From positions 1-39,005 of the forward strand of contig SIBT01000001.1 in the NCBI GenBank assembly GCA_009695015.1: a DNA stretch of 39,005 nucleotides, written 5' to 3'. The notes under the pieces are model-generated. The model searched no databases and was not told the origin of the DNA. It worked only from the letters and a program-made list of their open reading frames with translations. The DNA comes from Candidatus Nomurabacteria bacterium (GTDB lineage: Bacteria; Patescibacteriota; Minisyncoccia; Phycocordibacterales; UBA9973). Positions within the stretch are counted from its first letter, which is position 1. Every line of letters begins with the position of its first letter. Shown here piece by piece: positions 8,060 to 18,900 of the stretch. Made by a program: the position numbers and the translations under genes.

Positions 8060-9532
8060 CTAATCCTTTCGTAAAAACAAAGGCTTCTCTGGAGCTCTGT
8101 TTTCTTTGATTAATTTTTTTATCTCTAATGAAGTTTCAGGTAAAATAGAAATCAACATTCGTCTTATAGAATTTAGCTTAATCACCAAATCAGTTATAAT
8201 TTTTCTCCCAGCTTCTTTATCTTTTTTTATAAGTTTAAACGGCTCTGTTTCTTGAATAATCTGGTCTAATTGTCCAATTTGTAGCCAGATGTAATCACAA
8301 GCTTTTTTTATTTCAAAATTATTAAGAAATTCAAAATAAGTTTCCATATTTTCCCGTTCTGGAATAGTAACTGGTACACTTAAATTATCTTGTGACATTT
8401 TCATAATCCTACTCACTAAATTCCCCAACCCATTCGCCAAATTTGCATTATACGCCTCTTTAAAACGCTCCATCGTAAACGGACTATCTTCAAATGAAGA
8501 AATTTCTCGCAGAAGAAAATAACGTAGAGCATCTGTGCCATACTGAGATACAATATCATTCGGATTTACTACATTCCCGAGAGATTTAGACATTTTTATT
8601 CCACCCTCGCGTGTTATAAAACCATGGTAGATGATTTTATTAGTCGTCGGCATACCAGCAGACATGAGCATGCCTTGCCACATGACTGATTGAAATTTAA
8701 CCATATCTTTACCAGCGATTTGGACCGTGTCTCCCTCTTGCCAAAATTTTTCAAAAAGATTTTCGCCATCTCCCTTCGGGAGATGGCTGGGTTGAGGGTT
8801 CGGCCACCCTAAAGTCGAAATATAATTTATAAAAGCACCGAACCAAACATACATAACCTGTGTATCATCCCCTGGTATTGGCACCCCCCAAGAAAAACGT
8901 TTTTTGTCGCGAGAAATTGAAAAATCTTCCATGCCATCTTTCACAAAATCAATAGCTTCTTTTCTTCTCCACTCTGGAAATATAACCTCTTCATCTGAGA
9001 GATATTCTAAAAGCTGTTTTTTATAGTTACTCAATCTAAAAAAATAATTTTCTTCCTCAACCATCTCAGGTTTCAAAGTTGGATGAAGAGAACACAACCC
9101 CTCTATCAAATCCTTCTCTGTAATGAATCTCTCACATCCAACACAATAAAATCCTCTATATATCTTTTTGTAGATATCCCCTTTTTTATCACACAAAATC
9201 CAAAATTCCTGACACGCCCTCACGTGTTCCTTACTTGTTGTCCTAATAAAATTATTATACGAAAGGTTTAGTGTGTTCTTAAGCTCCAAAAACTTTTGCG
9301 CATAATAATCCACATATTCTATTATATTTTTACCTTCCCTCTCACTCGCTTCCAAAATCTTTTGACCATATTCATCCGTGCCAGTGCTAAAAAAAACATC
9401 TTTGCCTATCAGACGCTGGTACCGCGCAATCGCATCTGCTTGCACTAATTCTAATGCAAAACCAATATGAGGATCCGCATTTATGTAAGGAATCGTAGTT
9501 GTAATGTAAAAAGACTTTTTTTCTTTACTCAT
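8060..9532 (-). CDS. metG: Methionine--tRNA ligase (short monomeric type)
   Basis: FYITTTIPYIN..PHIGF, GTDE.G.KI, CVGCE, KMSKS. Confidence 0.96.
   Translation of the reverse strand: MSKEKKSFYITTTIPYINADPHIGFALELVQADAIARYQRLIGKDVFFSTGTDEYGQKILEASEREGKNIIEYVDYYAQKFLELKNTLNLSYNNFIRTTSKEHVRACQEFWILCDKKGDIYKKIYRGFYCVGCERFITEKDLIEGLCSLHPTLKPEMVEEENYFFRLSNYKKQLLEYLSDEEVIFPEWRRKEAIDFVKDGMEDFSISRDKKRFSWGVPIPGDDTQVMYVWFGAFINYISTLGWPNPQPSHLPKGDGENLFEKFWQEGDTVQIAGKDMVKFQSVMWQGMLMSAGMPTTNKIIYHGFITREGGIKMSKSLGNVVNPNDIVSQYGTDALRYFLLREISSFEDSPFTMERFKEAYNANLANGLGNLVSRIMKMSQDNLSVPVTIPERENMETYFEFLNNFEIKKACDYIWLQIGQLDQIIQETEPFKLIKKDKEAGRKIITDLVIKLNSIRRMLISILPETSLEIKKLIKENRAPEKPLFLRKD
8765..8787. repeat. Perfect 10-bp palindromic stem in metG
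   Basis: GCCATCTCCC-ttc-GGGAGATGGC, within the peptide PSHLPKGDGE. Confidence 0.85.
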
Positions 9533-9545
9533 TATTATTTATCAA

Positions 9546-10619
9546 TTACTTATTACCAATTCGGGTTAAGGTTTTATTTTTTTCAAAATCGCTCAAACAT
9601 TCCATTACAACAACAGCTATCGGAATAGAAAGAATTGACCCCCAAACTCCACCCAACTCAAAACCAATCAAGACAGAAAGAATTATGACAATCGGTGAAA
9701 GACCCACGATACTTTTTATAAGAAGAGGGGTAAATAGAAAAACTTCAAATTGATGAATTATAAGGTAAGCTCCAGCAACCATTAGTGAATCAGATAATCC
9801 TCCAGAAAGATAAGAAACGGAAACAGCTGGAATAAGAGCAATCAAAGTGCCATAAGGAATAAGTCCCATTATTCCGGCAAGGATAGCAAAAAGAAGCGCA
9901 TATTGAATTCCTATAAGAGAAAGCACGAGATAAACTAAAACAGAATCAATAAGACCCAGAACAAGCTGTCCTTTGATCCAAAGAGCAATTTTACGACTCG
10001 AACGTTCCCATAAATTTATTATATAATTTTCGTACTGAATAGGTAAAATAATCCTTAAGAAATTTTCTATTCCTCTTTCTTGAACTGAAAGATAAAAAGA
10101 AATAATTATGATCAATACCACATTAAAAATGCTTCCGAAAGCAATAGAGAGAGTTTGAAAAAATCCTCCGGAAAGATTTAAAATAAAAGCCTTGGACACG
10201 GAGAAAAGTTCGGGAAGTGAAAAATCGCCCGAAAGAGAAGCGACGATATCTTTTGCTCCAGAAAATGCTTCATTTTGGAAATAATTAAAAAAGGAAATAT
10301 TTGGAATATAAGTCGAAATAAAAGTGGAAAAATTATAAATTTCAGTTATTAAAAGCGGAGCAAAAAGATAAAATAATCCAGCTAGAGTGAGGAGAGATAC
10401 ACTATATAAAATTACAGAACCAAAAACCCTATTAATTCCTATTTTTTTAAAGTAAGGAATAGATGATTCCACAAAAGTGGCTATCACAATTGAAGACACG
10501 ACCACTAAAATTAAATCCCGTAAAAACCAAAACAAAAAGACGCAAAGAATAACGAGAACTGCTCGAACCATCGTGCCAGTTGTTATCGAAATAGAAGTAA
10601 AAGGGTTACTTTCAGACAT
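9546..10619 (-). CDS. AI-2E family (PerM-like) transporter
   Basis: Multi-TM, LIPYG, P..VGLSP, GG..G..L.IP. Start at ATG 10619, 6 nt after TGT-TATTAT. Confidence 0.9.
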   Translation of the reverse strand: MSESNPFTSISITTGTMVRAVLVILCVFLFWFLRDLILVVVSSIVIATFVESSIPYFKKIGINRVFGSVILYSVSLLTLAGLFYLFAPLLITEIYNFSTFISTYIPNISFFNYFQNEAFSGAKDIVASLSGDFSLPELFSVSKAFILNLSGGFFQTLSIAFGSIFNVVLIIIISFYLSVQERGIENFLRIILPIQYENYIINLWERSSRKIALWIKGQLVLGLIDSVLVYLVLSLIGIQYALLFAILAGIMGLIPYGTLIALIPAVSVSYLSGGLSDSLMVAGAYLIIHQFEVFLFTPLLIKSIVGLSPIVIILSVLIGFELGGVWGSILSIPIAVVVMECLSDFEKNKTLTRIGNK

Positions 10620-10658
10620 AGAAATATAATAACACAGAAAGATATAAGACAAAAGTAT

Positions 10659-11927
10659 CTAGAATTTGAGTATTTTCAAAAATCTATTCTTGTCCTTAAA
10701 CGGCCCAATAAAGGCTAAGTTAAGTTTCTGATTTGTGAAAATATCTTTTGCTAAAGCTTGAATTTGACTGGCTGTAACCTTACGTATTTCTTTGGCTTTT
10801 TCTTCTACTTCACAAATTTCCCTTTTCAAGAGTTCTTGTCCACCATGAAAATTTGCGATGTCATCACTCGACTCGAGAGATAACTTCATATTTCCGATTA
10901 AACACTCTTTTACTTTATTCAATTCTTCTTCCGAAACTTTAGAATCTTTTAATTTGCGACATTCTTCTAATACTGCTTCTAATACTTCATCGATTCTTTT
11001 ATTATCTACTCCCGCCGAAATCTGAAAAACTCCATGATCAGTATAAGGGTCATTGTACGCACGCACATAATATCCGACACCCATCTCTTCACGAAGTTTC
11101 ACAAAAAGCCTTGAGCTCATTCCCCCGCCGAGCACTCCACCTAAAACAGATAGGATCGCATTTTTCTTGTTGAATAAATCATACGTACGTACACCCAAAA
11201 CGAAATGCGTCTGATCTGTTTTTTTAAAATTAACTAATACTTGTGGATTATCTTGTGTATCTTTTACTTTTGTTTTACTCCCTTTCTTACCACTCGAAAC
11301 CGTGCTGAAAATTTTATTTACTTCTTTTAAAACTTCTGCTTCTGTTATTTGTCCAGCCACTACCAAGACAGTCGCTTCAGGCAGATAATGTTTGTTTTTA
11401 TATTCTACAAAATCATCCCTCTTCATTCTTAAAATATTTTTCTTCTCTCCGGCGATGTTCCACCCTGCCGGCTGATCTCCATAAAGTAATTTCATAAATA
11501 AATCTTGCACATGCCTCTGTGGCATATCTTCATACATATTTATCTCCTCGATGATCACACCTTTTTCTTTTTGCATTTCAGCATCAGGAAAAGTCGAATT
11601 TAAATAAATGTCAGACACAATATCTAGAATTTTTTTGAAATGTCGAGCATCAGACTTGGCATAATATCCTGTGTATTCCTGCGCCGTAAAAGCATTATAT
11701 TGACTACCAAGAGCGTCTAATTCCTTTGAAATATCAACAGCTTTTGGCCGCTTGAAAGTACCCTTGAAACACATATGCTCTAAAAAATGTGAAATTCCAT
11801 TCACTTTTTTTTCTTCATATTTAGACCCGGCTTCCACTAAGACTAAAACCGTAACCGTCGGATTATCTTTCATCGGTATTGTGATAACGCGCAAGCCATT
11901 CTTTAAAACTTTTTTTGTGAATTTCAT
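10659..11927 (-). CDS. M16 (pitrilysin) family zinc peptidase
   Basis: GISHFLEHMCFKGT (HXXEH), NAFT, GGGMSSRLF..LRE. Confidence 0.96.
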   Translation of the reverse strand: MKFTKKVLKNGLRVITIPMKDNPTVTVLVLVEAGSKYEEKKVNGISHFLEHMCFKGTFKRPKAVDISKELDALGSQYNAFTAQEYTGYYAKSDARHFKKILDIVSDIYLNSTFPDAEMQKEKGVIIEEINMYEDMPQRHVQDLFMKLLYGDQPAGWNIAGEKKNILRMKRDDFVEYKNKHYLPEATVLVVAGQITEAEVLKEVNKIFSTVSSGKKGSKTKVKDTQDNPQVLVNFKKTDQTHFVLGVRTYDLFNKKNAILSVLGGVLGGGMSSRLFVKLREEMGVGYYVRAYNDPYTDHGVFQISAGVDNKRIDEVLEAVLEECRKLKDSKVSEEELNKVKECLIGNMKLSLESSDDIANFHGGQELLKREICEVEEKAKEIRKVTASQIQALAKDIFTNQKLNLAFIGPFKDKNRFLKILKF

Positions 11928-11934
11928 TTATCTA

Positions 11935-13245
11935 CTAAATCTTTTCTTTTATATAATTTTGTAACTCGGAAACTTTCACCCTCTCCTGTTTGCCTGTATC
12001 TCTATCCCGCACAGTCACTGTGTCGTCTTTCAATGTATCAAAATCAACCACAATACAAAATGGTGTGCCGATTTCATCTTGTTTGCGGTAACGCTTGCCA
12101 ATGTTACCATTGTCGTCCCAAGCGACACGGCCAAATTCTGCTTTGAGAGGTGCATAGACTTTTGTATTAGCATATTCTACAAGTTCTGGTTTGTTTTTAA
12201 GAAGTGGAGACACCGCGCAAATAACTGGGGCAATACTTGGTTTAAATTTTAAATACGAACGGATTTCCCCATCTTTTTCGTCCTCCACATAAACAGAAAG
12301 AAGCAATGCAAGCACGGCTCGATCAACGCCAAAAGTGGGTTCTATGACATGAGGAACTATTTTTTCTTTCTCTTCTTCATCTACATATTCAAGCTTATGA
12401 TTCTTTAAATCAGAATCAGTCCTGTAGGCGAGACCAAAGAGTTCTTTCTTGCCGAAAGGATAATCAAATTCGAAATCAATAGTACGTTTGGAATAGTGTG
12501 CTCTATCAGAAGGAGCTACTTCGAGCTCATGAACTTTTGCCATATCGATCCCCACTTCTTCCATCCAATTTAACATCTCACCTTTCCAATACTCAAAATA
12601 TTTCTCCCAATCCTCACTTCTGATAAAATATTCAATCTCCATCTGTTCAAATTCACGAACACGAAAAATAAAATCTCTAGGTGTAATCTCATTTCTGAAT
12701 GCTTTACCGATCTGCGCCATACCAAAAGGTAGTCGTGGATGAAACGCGTCGACAGTATTTTTGAAATTTACAAACATACCTTGAGCTGTTTCTGGACGCA
12801 AATATGATGTAGCGCTTGAGTCTTCTGAAGCGCCGACTTTGGTCGCAAACATCATGTTGAATTGTTTCAGATCACCTAATTTACCATCACATTCAACACA
12901 TTTTTTCTTATCTTCGATCTGATCCGCGCGAAATCGCCTTTTACATTTTTCACATTCAACCACCGGATCCGCAAACCCTGCCACGTGTCCGGACGCTTGC
13001 CAAACCTCCTGACGCATCAAAATAGCCGCATCAATGCCATACATATCTTTCCTTGAATCTACAAATTTCTTCCACCAATTTTGTTTAATGTTGTTTTTTA
13101 AGGCGACACCAAAATGTCCCCAATCATACGTACCGCCGAGTCCACCGTAAATCTCCGAACCCGGGAAAACAAACCCACGCCGTTTACACAACGAAACAAT
13201 TTTTTCCATCAAATCATTGTCTTTTTTTTTATTTATATCTCTCAT
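11935..13245 (-). CDS. glyQS: Glycine--tRNA ligase, alpha2 type
   Basis: KRRGF..EIYGG, YLRPETAQG, FRNEITPR, REFEQMEIE, PHVIEP. Confidence 0.97.
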   Translation of the reverse strand: MRDINKKKDNDLMEKIVSLCKRRGFVFPGSEIYGGLGGTYDWGHFGVALKNNIKQNWWKKFVDSRKDMYGIDAAILMRQEVWQASGHVAGFADPVVECEKCKRRFRADQIEDKKKCVECDGKLGDLKQFNMMFATKVGASEDSSATSYLRPETAQGMFVNFKNTVDAFHPRLPFGMAQIGKAFRNEITPRDFIFRVREFEQMEIEYFIRSEDWEKYFEYWKGEMLNWMEEVGIDMAKVHELEVAPSDRAHYSKRTIDFEFDYPFGKKELFGLAYRTDSDLKNHKLEYVDEEEKEKIVPHVIEPTFGVDRAVLALLLSVYVEDEKDGEIRSYLKFKPSIAPVICAVSPLLKNKPELVEYANTKVYAPLKAEFGRVAWDDNGNIGKRYRKQDEIGTPFCIVVDFDTLKDDTVTVRDRDTGKQERVKVSELQNYIKEKI

Positions 13246-13247
13246 AA

Positions 13248-15197
13248 TTATTCAACTACTGTACCCCCACCTGTAGGAAATTGCGGATCATTGTCGAGCT
13301 CGGTGCGAAACGATGTTTTGCTCACCCTCACATCCACCTTAGCAAAATCATCGTATCCAGTCAAAATCGCATCGTTTACAATAATCGGCGTAGTGCGAAT
13401 TTGAGAAAGTGAAGGAGTAAATGCAACTTGAAAAGAAACACTGCGGTCAGACCCACTGATACCAGTACCCCTTGAAATTCGACCCACCTTCCAGATTATT
13501 TCTTTATTCGAAGGATTGTAGGTTAAATCTTCATCGGAAGGCGAAACAGTGCCTTTAAATTTCATCCATGAGGGAAGAGAAGAATGAACGACACCCTTGG
13601 AAATATTATTGGCTGTATTAGAAAGAGACCAGACTATTGTATAAGAAGTTTCGTTTCCAACTTTTGGAGGAATAGGACCAGTATTAGTAAAAGGTCCAGA
13701 ATAATAAAGCGCCTTGCTTGTGAACCCAACATCAGAAACAATTCGTACAATTCCAGAGTCAGAATTATTTAAATTCGTAGTTGCATAGCCAGCCACTAAC
13801 TGCTTGCCGGAAATAGAAATGTTTATATTAATAGAAGGGTCCGGAAGTATTCCGTCAGTAGCAGAAAATAAAGAAAGTGAAGAAACAGAAAAATTTACAG
13901 ACCCAGAATCACCCGGATTCACTTCACTAAATCCATTTTGAGAATTTTTGTCCCAAGTTATGGTATCAGTAATAGAATTATAAAAACCCCGGTTGGCATT
14001 TATTGTTTTACGATCAACTGCATTTCCGGAAATTTTAGCTCGGATCTCTAAATCATTTACTTTTGCATCTAAATTATTTATCCACCTAATTTCGCCCTGG
14101 ATTGGAGTCTTTGCATTTGTAGTATATTCTCTCTGGTAGATGCCATTTACAAAAAACTTTGCTTCAATAAAAGGTTTTTTTATTAAAGTAGTATGTGATA
14201 AAGAATTAAAAACTACATCAATCATAGACTTATCACCGCTCGACTGTGAGCCACTTGATATGTGAAAAGTTTTTTCTTCTCCATCAACAACATCAAACAT
14301 TTTACCAGTTATCGAAATATTACGTTCTGCTCCCGGAGGAAAATCACCTAAACTCCAAATATTGTTCCCTAGTGATGGAGCTGGAATAGAAGATCTAAAT
14401 TGAAAACCAACCGGATAATTAAGCTTGAGGAGTATTTTTGAGACTGATTTGGTAGCATTTAGCGTAGCTTTTATATTAAGAGTAATCTCTTGATTTGGAC
14501 TTATTTCAATAGGAGCATCAACAGAAAGATTTAATGGTGTAGAGCTTATGGTTACATCGTAGTTCTTTTCTTTAATAAAAATACCGTTCGATCCTTCTAC
14601 CCGATACTGAAGAGAAATTTTTATAGAACGCACGGACCCCTGCTCACCAAAAAGCACCACTTTTAGATTCTCATTGCGTACAGCTCCAGCAGGAATTGTA
14701 CCTAAAGACTCCCGAAATCTCTCCGTTCCAACTGAACCACCTATTCCCGAATTCAAAGAACTCTTTGGATATTCCATGACAAGATCAACCAAATCGAGCG
14801 CTGAACTATTTTTATTTGTAATTCCGACGATGAGCGAAAGCTCTTCCCCACCAGCAGTGAAATTATTTCCCATAATAGATATATCAATATTATCATTCGA
14901 TACAGTATTACCACCAACAAAGAACACATAAGAACCATACAAGAGCGTCAAAATAAAAAAACCTAAGGAAAAGATGAAGAAATTCTTAAAAATAGAGGTT
15001 CTCATAGAAAATTTTTCTCGATAATGGATAGAATCAATTCCAGCTTTATTTCCATTTTCCCAAACATCTGGTATATCATTTCTACTGAAACGTGTAAATC
15101 TATCTCGGTGTTCTACCTTTGGCTGGTAATTTTTACTAAAAAGTTTACCTTTAAGTTCTTCTATTCTATTGAGCTTATCTCGATCATTTAGTGACAT
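13248..15197 (-). CDS. Membrane-anchored protein with repeated Ig-like/DUF11-like beta domains
   Basis: One TM near residues 70-92, then beta-rich repeats (WSLGDFPPG, PGDSGSVNF, GPIPPKVG..YTIVW). Confidence 0.75.
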   Translation of the reverse strand: MSLNDRDKLNRIEELKGKLFSKNYQPKVEHRDRFTRFSRNDIPDVWENGNKAGIDSIHYREKFSMRTSIFKNFFIFSLGFFILTLLYGSYVFFVGGNTVSNDNIDISIMGNNFTAGGEELSLIVGITNKNSSALDLVDLVMEYPKSSLNSGIGGSVGTERFRESLGTIPAGAVRNENLKVVLFGEQGSVRSIKISLQYRVEGSNGIFIKEKNYDVTISSTPLNLSVDAPIEISPNQEITLNIKATLNATKSVSKILLKLNYPVGFQFRSSIPAPSLGNNIWSLGDFPPGAERNISITGKMFDVVDGEEKTFHISSGSQSSGDKSMIDVVFNSLSHTTLIKKPFIEAKFFVNGIYQREYTTNAKTPIQGEIRWINNLDAKVNDLEIRAKISGNAVDRKTINANRGFYNSITDTITWDKNSQNGFSEVNPGDSGSVNFSVSSLSLFSATDGILPDPSININISISGKQLVAGYATTNLNNSDSGIVRIVSDVGFTSKALYYSGPFTNTGPIPPKVGNETSYTIVWSLSNTANNISKGVVHSSLPSWMKFKGTVSPSDEDLTYNPSNKEIIWKVGRISRGTGISGSDRSVSFQVAFTPSLSQIRTTPIIVNDAILTGYDDFAKVDVRVSKTSFRTELDNDPQFPTGGGTVVE

Positions 15198-15227
15198 TTC
15201 ATGATTATACTACTTTTTTGTATTATT

Positions 15228-15809
15228 TTACAGATGCGTCTCTTTTAGAGCTTTGTTTATTTGACGCAATACATGAGTTTTAGATTCTAAGACTTTGAAT
15301 ATTAAATCTTCCTCAAATGGAGATCTAATAAGATTTTTTAGGACAGCGCTTTCTCCAATATATCCTAAATTGTTTAAGATGCGCAAAACGATGATCATTT
15401 CGATGTTGCGTACATTTTCTTTTGCTTTATTTTTTTCTAAAATAGTTAAAACATCGAGTAGATCGACAAACAAAGCTTCATTTGGTTCGACACCAGCCAG
15501 TAATCGTTTCAACAAACGCGCAATATTTGCAAAAACTTTAAAAGTTTCTGGTTGTCTCGTAATCTGCTCCAACATATTTGTCTTTGAGGCATTCGTCACC
15601 CGAAAAATATTTTTACCTTGAACTAAATCAATTTTTAAATATGAAAAATCTTGCAAGACGTAGCGAAGCTTGGAAGATATTTTGCGCACCCCTTGGGCAG
15701 TAGCGGTGATCATCCCTAAGTCGCGAGTAAAAATGTAGTAATATTTTCCAGCTTCTCCAGAATTGCGACTGCCTAATATTATTCCTTCTGTGTGATAAAT
15801 GTGGTGCAT
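15228..15809 (-). CDS. recO: DNA repair protein RecO (short form)
   Basis: TEGIIL..GEA..IFTRDLG.I.A.AQGVRK..SKLR. Confidence 0.9.
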   Translation of the reverse strand: MHHIYHTEGIILGSRNSGEAGKYYYIFTRDLGMITATAQGVRKISSKLRYVLQDFSYLKIDLVQGKNIFRVTNASKTNMLEQITRQPETFKVFANIARLLKRLLAGVEPNEALFVDLLDVLTILEKNKAKENVRNIEMIIVLRILNNLGYIGESAVLKNLIRSPFEEDLIFKVLESKTHVLRQINKALKETHL

Positions 15810-15919
15810 TTGTGATTATCTCTATTTTATCACAAAATCTTTCAAGCTTAAAATTATTAGCTGGAGCTAGGGCATAATTTTGTATTCTTTATAAATTTCT
15901 GAAATTTTCTTGCTCATAC

Positions 15920-18900
15920 TCAGATTTTATCAATTTTCACTTTAAATACTAAATCATCGATTTTAATTTCCTCCCCATCATTTTCGATAAATTTAATATC
16001 TCTCCCGCCAATTATTTTCAGAAAACTGTCTTTGAATTTATTTATTAAATTTTCTCCTACTTCATTTATTTTTATCGAAAGCGAAATTGTATCACTCGGG
16101 AGAAGTCTCATTTTCTTTCGCATTTCTTGCAAGGCTCTCACTAATTCTCGAAAATCTCCTTCTTGTTTTAATTCTTCTGTGATATTTGTGTCGAGCTCTA
16201 CTTCGTTTGAAATAGAATTATCAAAAATTATTTTTTTAACATTTAATTCTTCTTCAATTAAATCTAAATACTCACTTGATAACTTTCGACTTTCGATTTT
16301 CGACTTGAGTGAAGCGAGTGGCTGACGAACTTTCACGCCTGCCTTTTGACGAGCTTCTAGGCCCAGAGTCACGATTTTTCTGACTGTTTGCATATTAGTT
16401 AGAACTTTATCGCCTACGCGACTAAACACATCTAGAATTCCCTTGGAAACACTAGGCCATTCTACCAAATGCACACTTTCTGCATCATCTTCATACTTCA
16501 ATTTCAACCAAATATCTTCTGCCGTAAACGGCGCAAAAGGAGCGGTAATTTTTGCTAAAGTTTTTAAAACAAAATACAAAGTTTGCCTCGCATCTTTATC
16601 CCCTCCCTTTATTCGATCGCGTGAACGACGCAAATACCAAGTGGAGAGATCTCCGATAAAATCCCTTACACCTCGTACCGGCTCAAGCAATTTATAATTA
16701 TCCAGATTTTCGGTAGAAAGTTTTACCAATTCATCAAGTCGAGCCAGAATCCATTGATCTAAAATATTTTTAGATTTTGCTGGAATATTTTTCTCTAAAT
16801 TTTTATCTCGATAAAGTTCGTAAAATGCCAGCACATTGTAAAGTAAACCAAAAACTTGACTCGCAAGTAACGCAACTGTCTTTTCGTCAAAATTTTTAGA
16901 TTCGCCTGGTTGGTTGACCGAATACATCCACAGGCGAAGCGTATCAACACCGTATTTTTCCATCATGATCCACGGATCGACGACGTTACCGATTGATTTC
17001 GACATCTTTTTGCCATTAGCGTCGAGCAGATGCCCAAGACAAATTACATTTTTATACGAGAGTCCCCGCCCCATCAAAATGCCAACCGCATGCAAAGTAT
17101 AAAACCATCCACGAGTCTGATCGATTGCTTCACAAATAAAATCAGCTGGATATAAAATTTCTCGAGAATTAAAAGGATAATGATCTTGCGCAAAAGGCAT
17201 CGCGCCAGAATCAAACCAAACATCCATGACTTCTTTTGTGCGTATTAAATCTCCACCACAATGACACCTGAGAGTAATTTTATCAATATATGGTCGGTGT
17301 AAATCAAGCTCGTAATTTTCATTATGAGGAAGAGGAATAAATTCGTGCTCTATATGCAGAGATGCCGTTTTGTTTTTCATTTGTGAGTGGAAAATTTCCA
17401 ATGAGCGTTTTTGATTAGCATTTTCAATTATAGCAGGTATTAATTCCACAGAGAGTCCATGTGAAATAATAAGGATTGTTTCGTCTTGATATTTCTGATC
17501 AATATCATGCAAGAAATCTCCGATCCTATTCTTGCCATCTTGAAAACTTTCTCCTCCTGGAATTTTTTTATCAAATTCCCAAGTTTTGTCTTTCATAAAA
17601 TCCCAATATTCCGCAACTGGACGGTCCGAAAAATCTCCAAATTCTAATTCACGAATTCTATCATCGTAAATAATTTGATCTTTCGGAAAATTATTCTGTT
17701 CAGTAAATATTTCCGCTGTCTCTCGCGTACGCAAAAATGGAGAACAGTAAATTTTGGTAATTTTCTTATTTTTTAGTTCTTGGCAAGTTTTTAAAACCTC
17801 AGCTTTCCCTTTATCTGTCAAATGATTTATCTTTTGATTAGAAGAATAAATATTTTTCGCATTATTTTCTGCCTCACCGTGTCGCATCACAAAATATTTA
17901 TTGCCAGATTTTTTAGTTTTATCTTTCAAATCTGCGATACTTCCTAAAACTTCTACTTTTTTACAAGAAACACACTGCCAGACTGGTAGTGGTGTCCCCC
18001 AATATCGCTCACGAGATATCGCCCAATCTTTAATCTCACGCAACCATTCACCAAAACGTCCATCTCGTATGTGAATAGGTTCCCAATTTATTTCTTTGTT
18101 TTCACTAATTAATTTTTCCTTTATTTTTGGATCTGACATTTTTATATACCAAGAATCTCGCGCATAATAAATGAGCGCAGTATGACAACGCCAGCAATGT
18201 GGATATGAGTGTTTGTAATTTTCCTGTTTGAAAAATAAATTTCTTTTCTTTAGATCTTCAATAATATCCACAGCTAGTGTCGGCTTGCCATTTATATCGA
18301 CTTCTTTGACAAACCTGCCTTCTAAAAACTCAGTACCGTTTACAAATTTACCTTCGAGATTTACTAAGTGATGCTTTGGTAAACCAACCTTGGTACCAAG
18401 CTCGAAGTCATCTTGCCCATACATCACCGCTGTATGCACTATACCTGTGCCGTCTGTTGTATTTACAAAATCCGCTTCGTAAATTTTATATGCTTTATTT
18501 AATTTTTCTTTTTCTCCATCAGAAACTAAATTTGTAATGAATAGATATAATGGCTCGTATTCCATACCCACCATATCCTTACCTTTATGTTCAGCTATTA
18601 TTTCATAAGGTTCAGAAATTATAGAAAGTCGTTCTTTGGCAAGGACAAAAATTTCTTCTCCTATTTTTATCTCCACATAATCTATATCTTTGCCGACTGC
18701 GAGGGCGACATTCCCCGGCAATGTCCAAGGAGTAGTGGTCCACGCGAGAAAATACGCTTTCAAAAATCCAACTATAGGGAATTTCACATATACCGACAAA
18801 TCTTTCACATCTTCATACCCCTGCGCAAGCTCATGACTGGAAAGAGTCGTACCGCACCTCGGACACCATGGCACAACTTTATAATCCTTGTAAAGCAAAT

